DNA from: a virus
Lineage: Duplodnaviria > Caudoviricetes
Direction: 5' to 3' (one strand)
Virus record (IMG/VR): IMGVR_UViG_3300043013_000026
Coordinates: 32,001 to 96,000 of that record
Length of the DNA stretch: 64,000 nucleotides
The stretch's first letter is position 1. Each line of letters starts with the position of its first letter. Position numbers and translations under genes: made by a program. The notes under the pieces are model-generated. The model was not told the origin of the DNA and searched no databases. It saw only the letters and a list, made by a program, of their open reading frames with translations. Shown in pieces: positions 41,335-51,107 of this stretch.

Positions 41335-41934
41335 ATGAAGATACTCATCGACAACGGACACGGAGCTGAAACAAAAGGAAAATCATCTCCCGATGGCAAG
41401 CTTAGAGAATATGCGTGGGCACGTGAAATTGCCAAGCGCGTAGAGGCTAAGTTGGTCGCATTGGGCTATGATGCTCAGCGTATCGTCACTGAGGAAAACG
41501 ACATCTCCATAAATACCCGTATTAATCGCGTCAATGCTATCTGTAAGACCACTGGCGCTAAGAATGTGCTTCTCCTTTCCATTCATAACAATGCAGCCGG
41601 TAGTGGTCAATGGATGACCGCTCGTGGTTTCAGTGCTTTTGTATCTAAGAACTCTTCCAGCAACTCTAAGAAATTTGCCGCGCTTCTCACTGATGAGGCT
41701 ATTGCTCGTGACCTTATGGGCAATCGCTCAATCCCATCCGGCAAATATTGGACTTGGAGCTGGACTACTTCAGACATCGGTATCTTGAAGGGTACTAACT
41801 GTCCTGCGGTACTTACTGAGAACCTGTTTATGGATAACCAAGAAGATTGCGCTTATCTGCTTTCTGAAGCCGGCAAGGAAACTCTCGCCGACCTCCACGT
41901 ACAGGCAATCGTGAAATACGTCAAATCACTTTAA
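41335..41934 (+). CDS. N-acetylmuramoyl-L-alanine amidase (endolysin, Amidase_3)
   Basis: IDNGHG, LREY, SIHNNA, PAVLTENLFMD. Confidence 0.93.
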   Translation: MKILIDNGHGAETKGKSSPDGKLREYAWAREIAKRVEAKLVALGYDAQRIVTEENDISINTRINRVNAICKTTGAKNVLLLSIHNNAAGSGQWMTARGFSAFVSKNSSSNSKKFAALLTDEAIARDLMGNRSIPSGKYWTWSWTTSDIGILKGTNCPAVLTENLFMDNQEDCAYLLSEAGKETLADLHVQAIVKYVKSL

Positions 41935-41945
41935 TTAATAACAAT

Positions 41946-42278
41946 ATGGAACTCAACGTTATTGACCGCATTTACATTCCCACTATTCTCCCAACAGAGA
42001 ATACATTCATGGACTTCAACATGAAGCGGGAAATCATCAAGAAAGTTGCGCTTACCGCCGAGGACGCAAAAACTTATAACATCCAGGAAGACGTGGAAAA
42101 CAAGCGTACAACCTGGGACATCAACAAGGACCGCGAAAATCCGCTCGTTGTTGACTTCTCAAAGCAGGAGTTGGAATACCTCAAAGCAGCTTGTGAAAAA
42201 CTTGCTGACAAGCCCGCTCCAGACAATCTTTGGGCTACCGTAGAAAAAATTTACGCTGCTGTGCAAGCCTCTGCATAA
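41946..42278 (+). CDS. hypothetical protein
   Basis: ORF after the endolysin. Confidence 0.65.
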   Translation: MELNVIDRIYIPTILPTENTFMDFNMKREIIKKVALTAEDAKTYNIQEDVENKRTTWDINKDRENPLVVDFSKQELEYLKAACEKLADKPAPDNLWATVEKIYAAVQASA

Positions 42279-42310
42279 AGGCATACCTTGATCCTTTTAT
42301 TTCCATAAGC

Positions 42311-42345
42311 CGAAACCGTGTTCAATTCAATTTGGGCACGGTTTC
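42311..42345. terminator. bidirectional terminator between convergent genes
   Basis: GAAACCGTG...CACGGTTTC inverted repeat. Confidence 0.55.
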
Positions 42346-42739
42346 ATTCATTTTCATAGTTCCATGCCAGCCCCTGATTATAGCCGTCATGGTAGCCATC
42401 TTCATAGCCTTCCATATAAGCCGCTGCAAATCCTGGGTATGTTGGCTCATCATTATAGTAGTAGCCAAATTCCAGATGATGAGTAGCGTCAGTATAGCCT
42501 TCTTGTTCGCCGTTAATATAGCCCTCGTCATACGCTTCTTGCTCTGAGGTGAAACGATTATCATCTGAAGATTTTGCTGGCGTTGCAGGGGCTTCTACGG
42601 GCTTCTGGACGGTATCTACAACTACGACGCTATCTGCCGGCTCGCTGATGGAGTCGGAAACCTGCGTCTGTTCTGTCTTTACGCTCCCAGTACAAGCGGT
42701 TAGCACGAGAGACAATGTGGTGAGATAGAGAGTTTTCAT
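42344..42739 (-). CDS. putative lipoprotein (moron) with Y..GY..G repeats
   Basis: MKTLYLTTLSLVLTA-C lipobox; own TATATTTG -7 element just upstream. Confidence 0.65.
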   Translation of the reverse strand: MKTLYLTTLSLVLTACTGSVKTEQTQVSDSISEPADSVVVVDTVQKPVEAPATPAKSSDDNRFTSEQEAYDEGYINGEQEGYTDATHHLEFGYYYNDEPTYPGFAAAYMEGYEDGYHDGYNQGLAWNYENE

Positions 42740-42772
42740 ATCGCAAATATAATAATTTTTTCTGGATTTTCA

Positions 42773-42799
42773 CCCATTTGAAGATTGTCATCTCTATTC
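42773..42799 (+). promoter_or_regulatory. putative late promoter CCC-N18-CTATTC
   Basis: Shared motif upstream of the terminase operon. Confidence 0.55.
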
Positions 42800-42824
42800 T
42801 TCAATGTAATAAACCAAACTCTAT

Positions 42825-43139
42825 ATGAATAAGAAGAAACGAGAATTTGACAACACTACCCCTACAAGAGCGGTAGGTTTCCTGGTTTGGTTCAGAAACC
42901 AATACCAGCTATGGACCAACGACACCTTTTACAAGATGGCTGAGAAGTATGGTCAGGGCAATTACGGTACATGCCGCAACATGATTTTGGAATTGGCAAA
43001 AGCCGGTTACATCAAAATCTGGACGGATGGTGGTCGCCGCCGTCGCTACTATCTCGACCTCAAAAAGTACAATGAATTAGTTCACCCTCATGTTTTCCAA
43101 CGTTATGATCCCAGGACTAAAACCACCTACGAATCTTAA
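42825..43139 (+). CDS. winged-helix-like hypothetical protein
   Basis: TCRNMILELAKAGYIKI...RRRYYL wHTH-like pattern. Confidence 0.5.
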   Translation: MNKKKREFDNTTPTRAVGFLVWFRNQYQLWTNDTFYKMAEKYGQGNYGTCRNMILELAKAGYIKIWTDGGRRRRYYLDLKKYNELVHPHVFQRYDPRTKTTYES

Positions 43140-45801
43140 AATTGACTTCGCGCCTTCGCCTCGTCAATACTCCGTCTGGAAGAACCTGCAACCGGAGTGC
43201 CCGGTTTGCGGCGGTACGGTACGTCAAGTACAAAACGGAGTCGATAGAAATGGCAATCCAACATACATATCTGTATGCCAAGATTGCGGCAATGACAACA
43301 TTCCCCAAATAATTTTATGTGGAGGAGCTGCCGGCGGCGGGAAAATGACCTCACTTAACAGCCTGATTTGCACGCCGTTTGGCTTTAGACCGCTGAAAGA
43401 TTTAAAAGTTGGTGACATTATCACCAACCCAACTACAGGCGGTCAACAACGAGTTCTTTGGATACACCCAAAAGGTAAACATCCATTTTACCGTGTACAT
43501 TTTGTTGACCAAACATACACTGAATGTTCAGAAGGTCATTTATGGAGAGCGCATCAGAGTCGCAAAAAGTCAAAATTAGCCAAGCGCTATCCAGAACATT
43601 ACGCTGAATATGGAGACGATAAAATTTGGTCCACAAAGCAAATGTATGAATGGTACCAGCGAAAAAAGAATGGTGTGAATGAAAGCAACAATCTAATCAT
43701 TCCGCTCACTAAACCTGTGCAGTTTACTCTTGGCAATAACGATCCTCTATTGATTGAGCCGTATATATTAGGCGCAATTATTGGTGATGGGTGTATCGCA
43801 AATAGCTGTATATCCCAAGGTGTTGTTGAAATGATTACAATGGACGAAGAAATCAAAGCCCGTTTTATCAATGCTGGATACGATATGTCTAATTATTACA
43901 TGAAGCCGAATAACAAGGCTGCGCATTATCGTATTCGCGACGCTAAACTCATTGATTCACTACGTCAGCTTGGCATCGCTGGAAATACCTCCATAAATCA
44001 CATGATTCCTAAAAGGTATTTATACGCTTCTATCGAAGACCGATTAGAACTTATGAAAGGGCTTATGGATACTGATGGATATGTTGATAACAGAGGGCAC
44101 ATGAGCTATACATCAATCAGCAAGCAATTAGCTGAAGATGTGGCGTTTGTTGTACGCTCTTTAGGCGGTGTCGCAACCATTACAACCAATCCTGCTGGTT
44201 ATAAAAATGAGAATGGCGAATATATCAAATGTAATGATACATGGGACGTACAAATTCGCATTGAAGAACTGGCACCAGAATTTGTCGGCTTAACGCGCAA
44301 AAAAGAGCGTACCAGATTAACTTTCAACGGTGGCGCTTCCAAACTCGGTAAACGCATTACAGATGTCGAGTATATTGGCGAGCAAGAGAGCTTCTGTATC
44401 ACCGTTGACGACCCGTCAGGACTTTACATCACCGACAACTTCACTGTCACTCACAACTCGTACCTCGGTTCATGCTGGCTCATCAGTAGCTGCTTGCGTT
44501 GGTCCGATATGCGTATGGTTGTCGCTCGTAAAACTCTCAAGAGCTTGCGCGAGTCAACTTGGAACACTATCCAGAGCGTAGCGAAATCCTGGGGACTTGA
44601 GGAACAGGTTCACTACAAAATCAATAACCTCTCAGGGGAAATGATATTCTGGAACGGTTCCAAAATCATTATGAAGGAAATGGCATATTCGCCATCAGAC
44701 CCGGACTATTTGCGCTTCGGTTCATCGGAGTTCTCAGGAGGTTTCATTGATGAGGTCGGCGAAGTTGACCAGCGAGGCGTTGACGTTTTGTTCTCCCGTC
44801 TCCGTTGGCGAGTTGCCGACACGACCAAAGTGCCCAAGCTCCTGATGTCAACCAACCCGTGTATGGGATGGGTACGTGATAGGTTTGTGCTGGATGAGAA
44901 CGCAGAGCCGGTGGTTTGCCGCCCCAACGAAATATACATCCCCTTCAGCGTTTACGACAACCCAGACAAGAACTTTGTCAACGCTTACGTTTCCTCGCTG
45001 TATAAGATTTCCGACCCCAGCGTAAGAGAACGTCTGCTCTTTGGTAACTGGCTGTATGTTGATGTCAACGATGCTGCCTGCTATTGGAAGTTTGACGGAG
45101 CAAAGCACTTGGTTGACGGATTGAAAGAGTCTAAATACGACCCTCTGAAGCCGTTAATCCTCAGCTTTGACTTCAACGTTGCGCCTTACATGAGTTGTTT
45201 GGTAGCTCAGATTGATTACGACAACAAGGTTGTTTACATCCTGGAAGAAATTCTCGGAAGACCTGAGCAAAAGGAGAATAACACACCCAAGTTCGCCGAA
45301 AAAATCCGAAACCATCTGCTTAATGCCGGTCATGCGGGAGGCGTGGTGGTTACAGGCGACCCGGCAGGATTGTCACGCACAACGACAACTGAAGATGGCG
45401 TGAACAACTACACCATTCTGCTTTCAATCCTTGACAGCCCTCTACTTAGACCGAAGAAGAAGCTGCTCAATAAACAACCATCCCAGATTACCCGCTTGGA
45501 ATTTGTCAACAATATCTTCGATGGGTATCAAGGCTGGAGCATACAAATTGACCTCAAATGCCGTAAGTTGATTGAAGACCTCATCAACCAGCGCAAAGAA
45601 ATGGACGGTTCCAAGAGCAAGGCGAAAATCATGGATGCCAAGCTTGGAATAAAATATGAACGATACGGCCACTTCTCTGACACCTTAGACTACCTTCTTG
45701 TACTATTCTTAAATGAACCGTGGAAGAAGTTTAATTCCAGCGGAAGTTCCGGAATAACGACATTCAATGGGACTCCGATATACGGGTCATTTGAATATTA
45801 A
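43090..45801 (+). CDS. terL: terminase large subunit containing an intein
   Basis: GGAAGGGK|S Walker A, FIDE Walker B, STNP, SFDFN nuclease, GHFSDTLDY. Confidence 0.92.
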   Translation: MFSNVMIPGLKPPTNLKIDFAPSPRQYSVWKNLQPECPVCGGTVRQVQNGVDRNGNPTYISVCQDCGNDNIPQIILCGGAAGGGKMTSLNSLICTPFGFRPLKDLKVGDIITNPTTGGQQRVLWIHPKGKHPFYRVHFVDQTYTECSEGHLWRAHQSRKKSKLAKRYPEHYAEYGDDKIWSTKQMYEWYQRKKNGVNESNNLIIPLTKPVQFTLGNNDPLLIEPYILGAIIGDGCIANSCISQGVVEMITMDEEIKARFINAGYDMSNYYMKPNNKAAHYRIRDAKLIDSLRQLGIAGNTSINHMIPKRYLYASIEDRLELMKGLMDTDGYVDNRGHMSYTSISKQLAEDVAFVVRSLGGVATITTNPAGYKNENGEYIKCNDTWDVQIRIEELAPEFVGLTRKKERTRLTFNGGASKLGKRITDVEYIGEQESFCITVDDPSGLYITDNFTVTHNSYLGSCWLISSCLRWSDMRMVVARKTLKSLRESTWNTIQSVAKSWGLEEQVHYKINNLSGEMIFWNGSKIIMKEMAYSPSDPDYLRFGSSEFSGGFIDEVGEVDQRGVDVLFSRLRWRVADTTKVPKLLMSTNPCMGWVRDRFVLDENAEPVVCRPNEIYIPFSVYDNPDKNFVNAYVSSLYKISDPSVRERLLFGNWLYVDVNDAACYWKFDGAKHLVDGLKESKYDPLKPLILSFDFNVAPYMSCLVAQIDYDNKVVYILEEILGRPEQKENNTPKFAEKIRNHLLNAGHAGGVVVTGDPAGLSRTTTTEDGVNNYTILLSILDSPLLRPKKKLLNKQPSQITRLEFVNNIFDGYQGWSIQIDLKCRKLIEDLINQRKEMDGSKSKAKIMDAKLGIKYERYGHFSDTLDYLLVLFLNEPWKKFNSSGSSGITTFNGTPIYGSFEY
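43345..44457 (+). mobile_element. class 3 intein with LAGLIDADG homing endonuclease inserted in terminase Walker A
   Basis: Starts Met, GHLW block B, FCITV block F, VTHN/S end; LGAIIGDG and KGLMDTDG motifs. Confidence 0.88.
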
Positions 45802-45803
45802 AC

Positions 45804-46835
45804 GTGATTGATATGTCTCAAAGATTTCTCAATAACAACGACTATATGAGTCAGATTTCGGATGAGTTGTTTAACCAGCTTATCCGAGGTCAGCAAATAC
45901 GTGTTGAGCAAGCTGAGGAAGCCGCAGAAGCATCAATCGTCGAGTACCTGACGGATAACTATGAGGTGGAAAAGGCACTTCAGGTTGGCAAAAATCTTCG
46001 CGAGTATAATTCACGCATCACCTATCCGGTAGGCGTTCATTTCTACTACGAAGGGAAAATTGTAGAGGCGCTTCGGTCCATTAACGGTATTAAGGCACCG
46101 GCTTCCAAAGAGTACTGGCGAGAATATGAAGATTTTGACGGCGCACAAGGCAAGTCTGTTTCCCCATACTCTCAGCTGATGAATTACCGACCGGGAGATC
46201 TCGTTTTCTTCAACGGTACGATTTACGAGTGCATGGAATATAACGGACTGGATTACGCCGACATTCGCATCCCAGGCATTATCGCATGGGAAACGGTTGA
46301 AGTATCCACTTGGGAACCTAATTTGGAGTATGAACTTTGGAACGTAGTAGAGTGGGAAGGTCAGTTCTTCGCTTTGATTAGCCTGGATAACATTGACCTT
46401 ACCGTTAACCCGATGGACTCTGATAATTGGGGTCTTATCGGCAAGTACGACCCAGAATACGAATACGAGTTCAAAGATACAGAATACGTGGAGTTCGACG
46501 GTAAAGTTTGGATTCCTACAATGACACCCACCGCCGATAAACTCGTCGAGGGGTATAACTTCAGATACAATGACCCCAGAAATACCAACCTCAAAAAACA
46601 CATGGTCAAAATCGCGCTATACGAACTGCATAAACTTATCTCGCCGAACAACGTTAGCTCGGCTCGCATCACAGACTATGAGGCGACTATGCAGTGGCTA
46701 CATGACGCGAACCGTTGCAAAATCAATCCGCAAATCCCAAGAAAGATGGATGAGGAGAAGAAACCGGTCAGCGAAATAGCGATAGCAACTTTTCAGAGCG
46801 ATTACGACCCAAGAAAAAATCCGTGGCAGATATAG
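45804..46835 (+). CDS. putative head-tail adaptor (DUF1320-like) with inserted domain
   Basis: DPRN...KIALYELH...R..DYE...WL pattern; follows terminase. Confidence 0.5.
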   Translation: MIDMSQRFLNNNDYMSQISDELFNQLIRGQQIRVEQAEEAAEASIVEYLTDNYEVEKALQVGKNLREYNSRITYPVGVHFYYEGKIVEALRSINGIKAPASKEYWREYEDFDGAQGKSVSPYSQLMNYRPGDLVFFNGTIYECMEYNGLDYADIRIPGIIAWETVEVSTWEPNLEYELWNVVEWEGQFFALISLDNIDLTVNPMDSDNWGLIGKYDPEYEYEFKDTEYVEFDGKVWIPTMTPTADKLVEGYNFRYNDPRNTNLKKHMVKIALYELHKLISPNNVSSARITDYEATMQWLHDANRCKINPQIPRKMDEEKKPVSEIAIATFQSDYDPRKNPWQI

Positions 46836-46866
46836 TGCGACCGCCCGGAGCTAACCCGACAAGGTG

Positions 46867-46900
46867 CGAATCCCGACTATTATGGCCGGGATTCGTTTTG
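46867..46900. terminator. terminator between convergent genes
   Basis: CGAATCCCG...CGGGATTCG followed by TTTTG. Confidence 0.6.
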
Positions 46901-46911
46901 TCTATAGGCGT

Positions 46912-48183
46912 TTACTCAGCAGCCATCATAAAGGCTTCAGTAAGCTTATCGCGGTTTTGCTGACACTCTCCATTATAATAATGTTGCTGTATCATTTCTA
47001 TGCTGGTGCCGGCGGCATTAGCAACGTATGATACTGAGAGCCCGTGGTCGATAGCAACGGTTATGGCAGTGTGGCGAAACACGTAGGCATAAAGGTCGAA
47101 ATGCAACCCAAGTTCTTTGCCGACAACTTTCAGCCATTTGTTCAGAAACTCACGGAATTTTTTGAAAGTGTAATCCTTGGTCGTGTACTTCTTTTCCTTC
47201 TCATCGTCCATGATAGGAAAGATGTAGCCGTCCTTTGATTGGCCTTTATACTTATCTATAATCGCACGCATAGCAGGAGTCACCGGAACTTCAACGGGAC
47301 GGTGCGTTTTCTTGCGTCTAACGGCGATTGTCCCTTTTCTGGTAATGTCCCTCCACTTTGCTTTTATCACATCACAGGGAGCAAAAAACGAGTGAAACAT
47401 GAACACGCAAAAGTCGTAATAGATTTCCACCATTTTGCGGTCCTTATACTTCGGTGTCAAATCCTGAACACTGAGGTTGAGGAACATTCTCAGCTCGTCG
47501 GCAGAAAGCACATCAGGCTCTCGCATTTCCACAGCGTATCTGTCAGGGTTGTAATCTACGAACTTGAAATCGCCAATCTGAGTTAGCTGGAAGGAGACAT
47601 CTCGATCCTTGCTTGCTTTCCCCAGCAAGGCACGAAAACGTTTTGAGTGGTGCACGTATGCCTTACCTTTGGCGAAGATATTGGCAATCTGCACCATCTT
47701 ATTGTAATCAAGGGTTGAGAACGGCATTGCTTCAAAGCCCGGAATTTCTTTGCGGCATTTCTGAAGGAGCTTGTAATATCCCTCAAAATTGCAACCGGCT
47801 TTCGCCTTTTCTCTAAGTGTGATTACCTCCAGATATTTGGCTACAGAATTAGAATACTGCTCAACGGTCCAGTCAGCAAGCTCAACAGGCTCGCTTCCGG
47901 TGTGGCGGCTTTCATTCTTGTAGTAGTCGGAGATTTGCCTTGCGGTCAATTCCGGGTGTTCGGTCACGAGCTTCCAGTACACCTGCTTGAACTCGGAAAG
48001 GGCTTGGTTGTTTTCTACGTGGCAAGGGGAGTAACCTGAGAACTGTTCCTTGTCAGCTTTCCAGTGTTTGAGGTCAGGAGAACCTTTAAGAAGATACTCC
48101 ACGTTCTTGTAAAACCGGTCTTTGTTTTCGGAAATTCTCAGGACAAGTGAGCCGGACCGGATAATGATTTTTAGTTTCACCAT
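46912..48183 (-). CDS. int: tyrosine integrase
   Basis: RKKT, YVFRHTAIT, AGTSIEMIQQHY; Bacteroidota Arm-type N-terminus. Confidence 0.88.
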   Translation of the reverse strand: MVKLKIIIRSGSLVLRISENKDRFYKNVEYLLKGSPDLKHWKADKEQFSGYSPCHVENNQALSEFKQVYWKLVTEHPELTARQISDYYKNESRHTGSEPVELADWTVEQYSNSVAKYLEVITLREKAKAGCNFEGYYKLLQKCRKEIPGFEAMPFSTLDYNKMVQIANIFAKGKAYVHHSKRFRALLGKASKDRDVSFQLTQIGDFKFVDYNPDRYAVEMREPDVLSADELRMFLNLSVQDLTPKYKDRKMVEIYYDFCVFMFHSFFAPCDVIKAKWRDITRKGTIAVRRKKTHRPVEVPVTPAMRAIIDKYKGQSKDGYIFPIMDDEKEKKYTTKDYTFKKFREFLNKWLKVVGKELGLHFDLYAYVFRHTAITVAIDHGLSVSYVANAAGTSIEMIQQHYYNGECQQNRDKLTEAFMMAAE

Positions 48184-48245
48184 GACTATTCATGCTTTTA
48201 TGAAAATGATTATGATGAACCAATGAGTCGAGGTGAATCCGGCGT

Positions 48246-48543
48246 CACAAATTTTGCACACTCGAAGTCAAGATTTCGGCGATTGCACACCATTTTTGCC
48301 TCAAAAATGCACACTCGGAAAATTCGACTTAACAGTTTCCGCGTCCTTTTGGACTCAATTAGATGTCTTGATTTTCAAAGAGTTACCAATGAAATTCGTC
48401 TTAACGAAAAACGGTCAAACTTTTCTGTTTGACCGTCGATTGTGGTGCCACCAGGACACGTATTTTTAGACGACGCAAACATCTAATTTCCAAACTATTA
48501 GCCTTTGATTTCCTCGCTCAAATGCACAAATTTTGCACACTCG
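48246..48543. other. putative attP: core GTGGTGCCACCAGGA (48442-48456) flanked by 19-bp direct repeats CACAAATTTTGCACACTCG
   Basis: Core is the reverse complement of TCCTGGTGGCACCAC, recalled as the Bacteroidota tRNA-Phe 3' end; repeats at 48246-48264 and 48525-48543; next to int. Confidence 0.7.
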
Positions 48544-48779
48544 GCTTCAGCAGGACTCTCAGTTGCTGCTGCAAAGATATAACATAAATCTCGTTTTTCC
48601 AAATCCGTATAACAAGGTTCATGTCAGCGAAATAATCAAAAATCTCCCGTATTTTCATCTTAACATAAATTATTTGCGATATTGTTGCACATCACACCTC
48701 TCAAAAATAGAAAACCCTCTCGTTTCACAACGAAAGGGAAAACCACGTGTAATTAACAACAAACAAGAAAAGAAACAAC

Positions 48780-49190
48780 CTAAAAATCACCCAATACCTT
48801 AAAAACTGCCTTGATGTTTCCGGACTGACAATAACGAACAGCGTCATCGTAGTCCAAGTCAACAAACGCAATCATGCCATCAGGTTTTACGCAAAGAAAA
48901 CGATAGCCAAAGAGATTAGATTCGAGGAGCTTTCCAACTACGATTTCCGTATGAGAAACGGAGTACGTACCGCCCAGTTTCAAATCAGTTAGTCCTTCAA
49001 TGCTGGTGGAATAAGTTCCATGTTCCAGTCGAACAGCCTCTTTGCGTTTATATCTGCAAGAAGCGAGATTGCCATATTTGTCAACCGTATATATTCGACG
49101 ACCCGATTTGATTACCAAGCCGTCGCCTTTACCTTCTCCAGTCCACTCCAATATTTCAGGAGCGTCTGTTAATCGTTTGTCTTGTCCCAT
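48780..49190 (-). CDS. hypothetical protein
   Basis: 136-aa ORF. Confidence 0.6.
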   Translation of the reverse strand: MGQDKRLTDAPEILEWTGEGKGDGLVIKSGRRIYTVDKYGNLASCRYKRKEAVRLEHGTYSTSIEGLTDLKLGGTYSVSHTEIVVGKLLESNLFGYRFLCVKPDGMIAFVDLDYDDAVRYCQSGNIKAVFKVLGDF

Positions 49191-49191
49191 G

Positions 49192-49449
49192 TTAGAAGAT
49201 GATTAGATGGATACCATAGCCCACTGCGCCACCCAAAACGGTAGCAGCCAGATCGAGCCAGTCAAATCCGTTTCCAACGACCCATCCAAAGATACCGCCC
49301 TTCTTACCGTTCCACAACCAGTCTTTAACCTCTGCGGTACAAGCAGCGGAGATAACGGCGATGTAGCCAAGCGTTAAACCAAGAAGAAAACCGACCACGA
49401 TATGCTGAGGACGATTGCTTTCAGTAAGCCATTTTAAGTACTTCTTCAT
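49192..49449 (-). CDS. small membrane protein
   Basis: Hydrophobic helices, FDWLDLAATVLGG. Confidence 0.65.
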   Translation of the reverse strand: MKKYLKWLTESNRPQHIVVGFLLGLTLGYIAVISAACTAEVKDWLWNGKKGGIFGWVVGNGFDWLDLAATVLGGAVGYGIHLIIF

Positions 49450-49464
49450 AATCTTTTTATTTAT

Positions 49465-49491
49465 GAATAGCTTGTGGGCGCACGCGATGGG
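49465..49491 (-). promoter_or_regulatory. putative late promoter CCC-N18-CTATTC
   Basis: Shared motif on the minus strand. Confidence 0.5.
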
Positions 49492-49557
49492 GCATAAAAA
49501 GAGGGATATAGCGCTTTCGAGCCATACCCCTCTCCAATCTCAAAAATTAGCGCACGG

Positions 49558-49968
49558 TTATTTATTGCCAAAGTCAGCCGGGGTCTCTCCCCAGCGCTTG
49601 TTATCCCAATGAATTACTTGGATTGTATCTACGTCCGCTGAGAGAGCCCGTAAGAACATCTCAGCGCGTTGAAGGTCACGACATGGTTTCACAGAAGACG
49701 TTTTCTTACTGTCGAACCATGTGATTGCAGTAGTGGAGTCTGTAAATATGATACGAGGCTGGAAGTCGTTTTCGATAATGTATTTGACTGCTTCTATCAC
49801 GGCAAGGAACTCACCTATATTGGTAGTTTGATTGCCCAGATCACGGTAAAAGATACGCTCCTTTGTTGCGAGGTTTATGCCTTGGTATTCCGTTTTCCCA
49901 TTCTTCATGGAATGGGCGGCATCAGTGGCGATTCCCTCTGTTGGTCTTGTGAGTCTTTTTGTTGCCAT
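49558..49968 (-). CDS. ribonuclease H (RNase HI-type)
   Basis: IATDAA, TTNIGEFLA, IFTDS, WGETPADFG. Confidence 0.85.
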   Translation of the reverse strand: MATKRLTRPTEGIATDAAHSMKNGKTEYQGINLATKERIFYRDLGNQTTNIGEFLAVIEAVKYIIENDFQPRIIFTDSTTAITWFDSKKTSSVKPCRDLQRAEMFLRALSADVDTIQVIHWDNKRWGETPADFGNK

Positions 49969-50539
49969 TAATCTGCATCATGTCTTGTTTCATCAGCTCG
50001 ATAAGGTTGGTGGCAGCAGTAGTGAAATCGTCAACCACATCCATCAGGTCTTTAACGTCGCAACGCCTTTCCAAAATAGCTCGGCACGCCGGTAAAGATT
50101 TGACAGATTCCTTTTGACCACGGAACGGGTCGAAGCGGATGATTTTGTTGCCGAAGCTAACTTCGACATTATACTTAATACCACGAATGTATTTAGTAGA
50201 GATAGTCGCTTTGAACTGTACCGGGTTAGCCTCGATAGCAATATAGCCTGGAACATGCTCCTCACCAGTCTTTTCGTTGAGCGTTTTGCCCATCGGAATC
50301 AGCGTACAGTCGTATAGCACGTTGATGAGGATGTTATTGGACATCTCACGGTCAATGATGACGATTTTCTTCGGGTACGGTGAATCCTGACGAACACCGC
50401 AAACGACATCATTAACTGGGTTTTGAGATACGAAGCTAATGAGCGCTCCGTTCTTGTCAGATTTGATGAACTTGAGCTTTGTGTGGATTTTCTCCACGCC
50501 TGCCCCAGTAGATTCGATTTTATTAGTCTCTTTTTCCAT
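49922..50539 (-). CDS. hypothetical protein
   Basis: 205-aa ORF; TAACTTTG -7 element upstream (~50611-50618). Confidence 0.65.
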   Translation of the reverse strand: MEKETNKIESTGAGVEKIHTKLKFIKSDKNGALISFVSQNPVNDVVCGVRQDSPYPKKIVIIDREMSNNILINVLYDCTLIPMGKTLNEKTGEEHVPGYIAIEANPVQFKATISTKYIRGIKYNVEVSFGNKIIRFDPFRGQKESVKSLPACRAILERRCDVKDLMDVVDDFTTAATNLIELMKQDMMQINGNKKTHKTNRGNRH

Positions 50540-50791
50540 TATGGCATTGTTTCTATTGATTATTCAAAATAAATGTACCGCCAGGAGCATATATGTAATG
50601 ACTGGTGGTACAAAGTTAACTTATAAAAGCCAAAAATCCTCAAGAAAATCGAAGAAAATTTCGTCTAAATATCTGATTTACAAGATATTATCATTTAGAC
50701 GATTTTTGCATACAATTTGCTTGCGGAAGATTGGCTCTCAGCTGCTTAGATTCGATTTAACGAACCTATTTATTGTTAAGACGAAAAATTT

Positions 50792-51097
50792 TTAGTAGTC
50801 CATATCTTTTTCTGCTTTAATGCGTTTCACATCCGGAAAATCGAGGATGCCATCGCGGTTTCTGTACGTGATGAGCTGTATTTCGATGCCAAGGTTGCTC
50901 AGCGTCGATAAAATAGAAATGTCGTTGGGCAAAAGTCCAACGCCGGGCTCTGAAACATAAATTGTCGGGATTAATTTTGACACCATTTCCACGTTGTCAC
51001 CAAGAACTGCATAATGATTGGTAAGCTGGTAGAGAATGAGTGCTTCGGGATACATGGCTTTATAGTAGTCATGCACTTCAATTTGTCTTGCGTTCAT
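50792..51097 (-). CDS. MutS domain-I-like small protein
   Basis: YYKAMYPEALILYQ...Y...G pattern. Confidence 0.45.
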   Translation of the reverse strand: MNARQIEVHDYYKAMYPEALILYQLTNHYAVLGDNVEMVSKLIPTIYVSEPGVGLLPNDISILSTLSNLGIEIQLITYRNRDGILDFPDVKRIKAEKDMDY

Positions 51098-51107
51098 ACT
51101 CGTATTG

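Noticed and set aside
48430-48470. tRNA gene
   Set aside because: Only a 15-nt 3'-end match with no cloverleaf; interpreted as the att core
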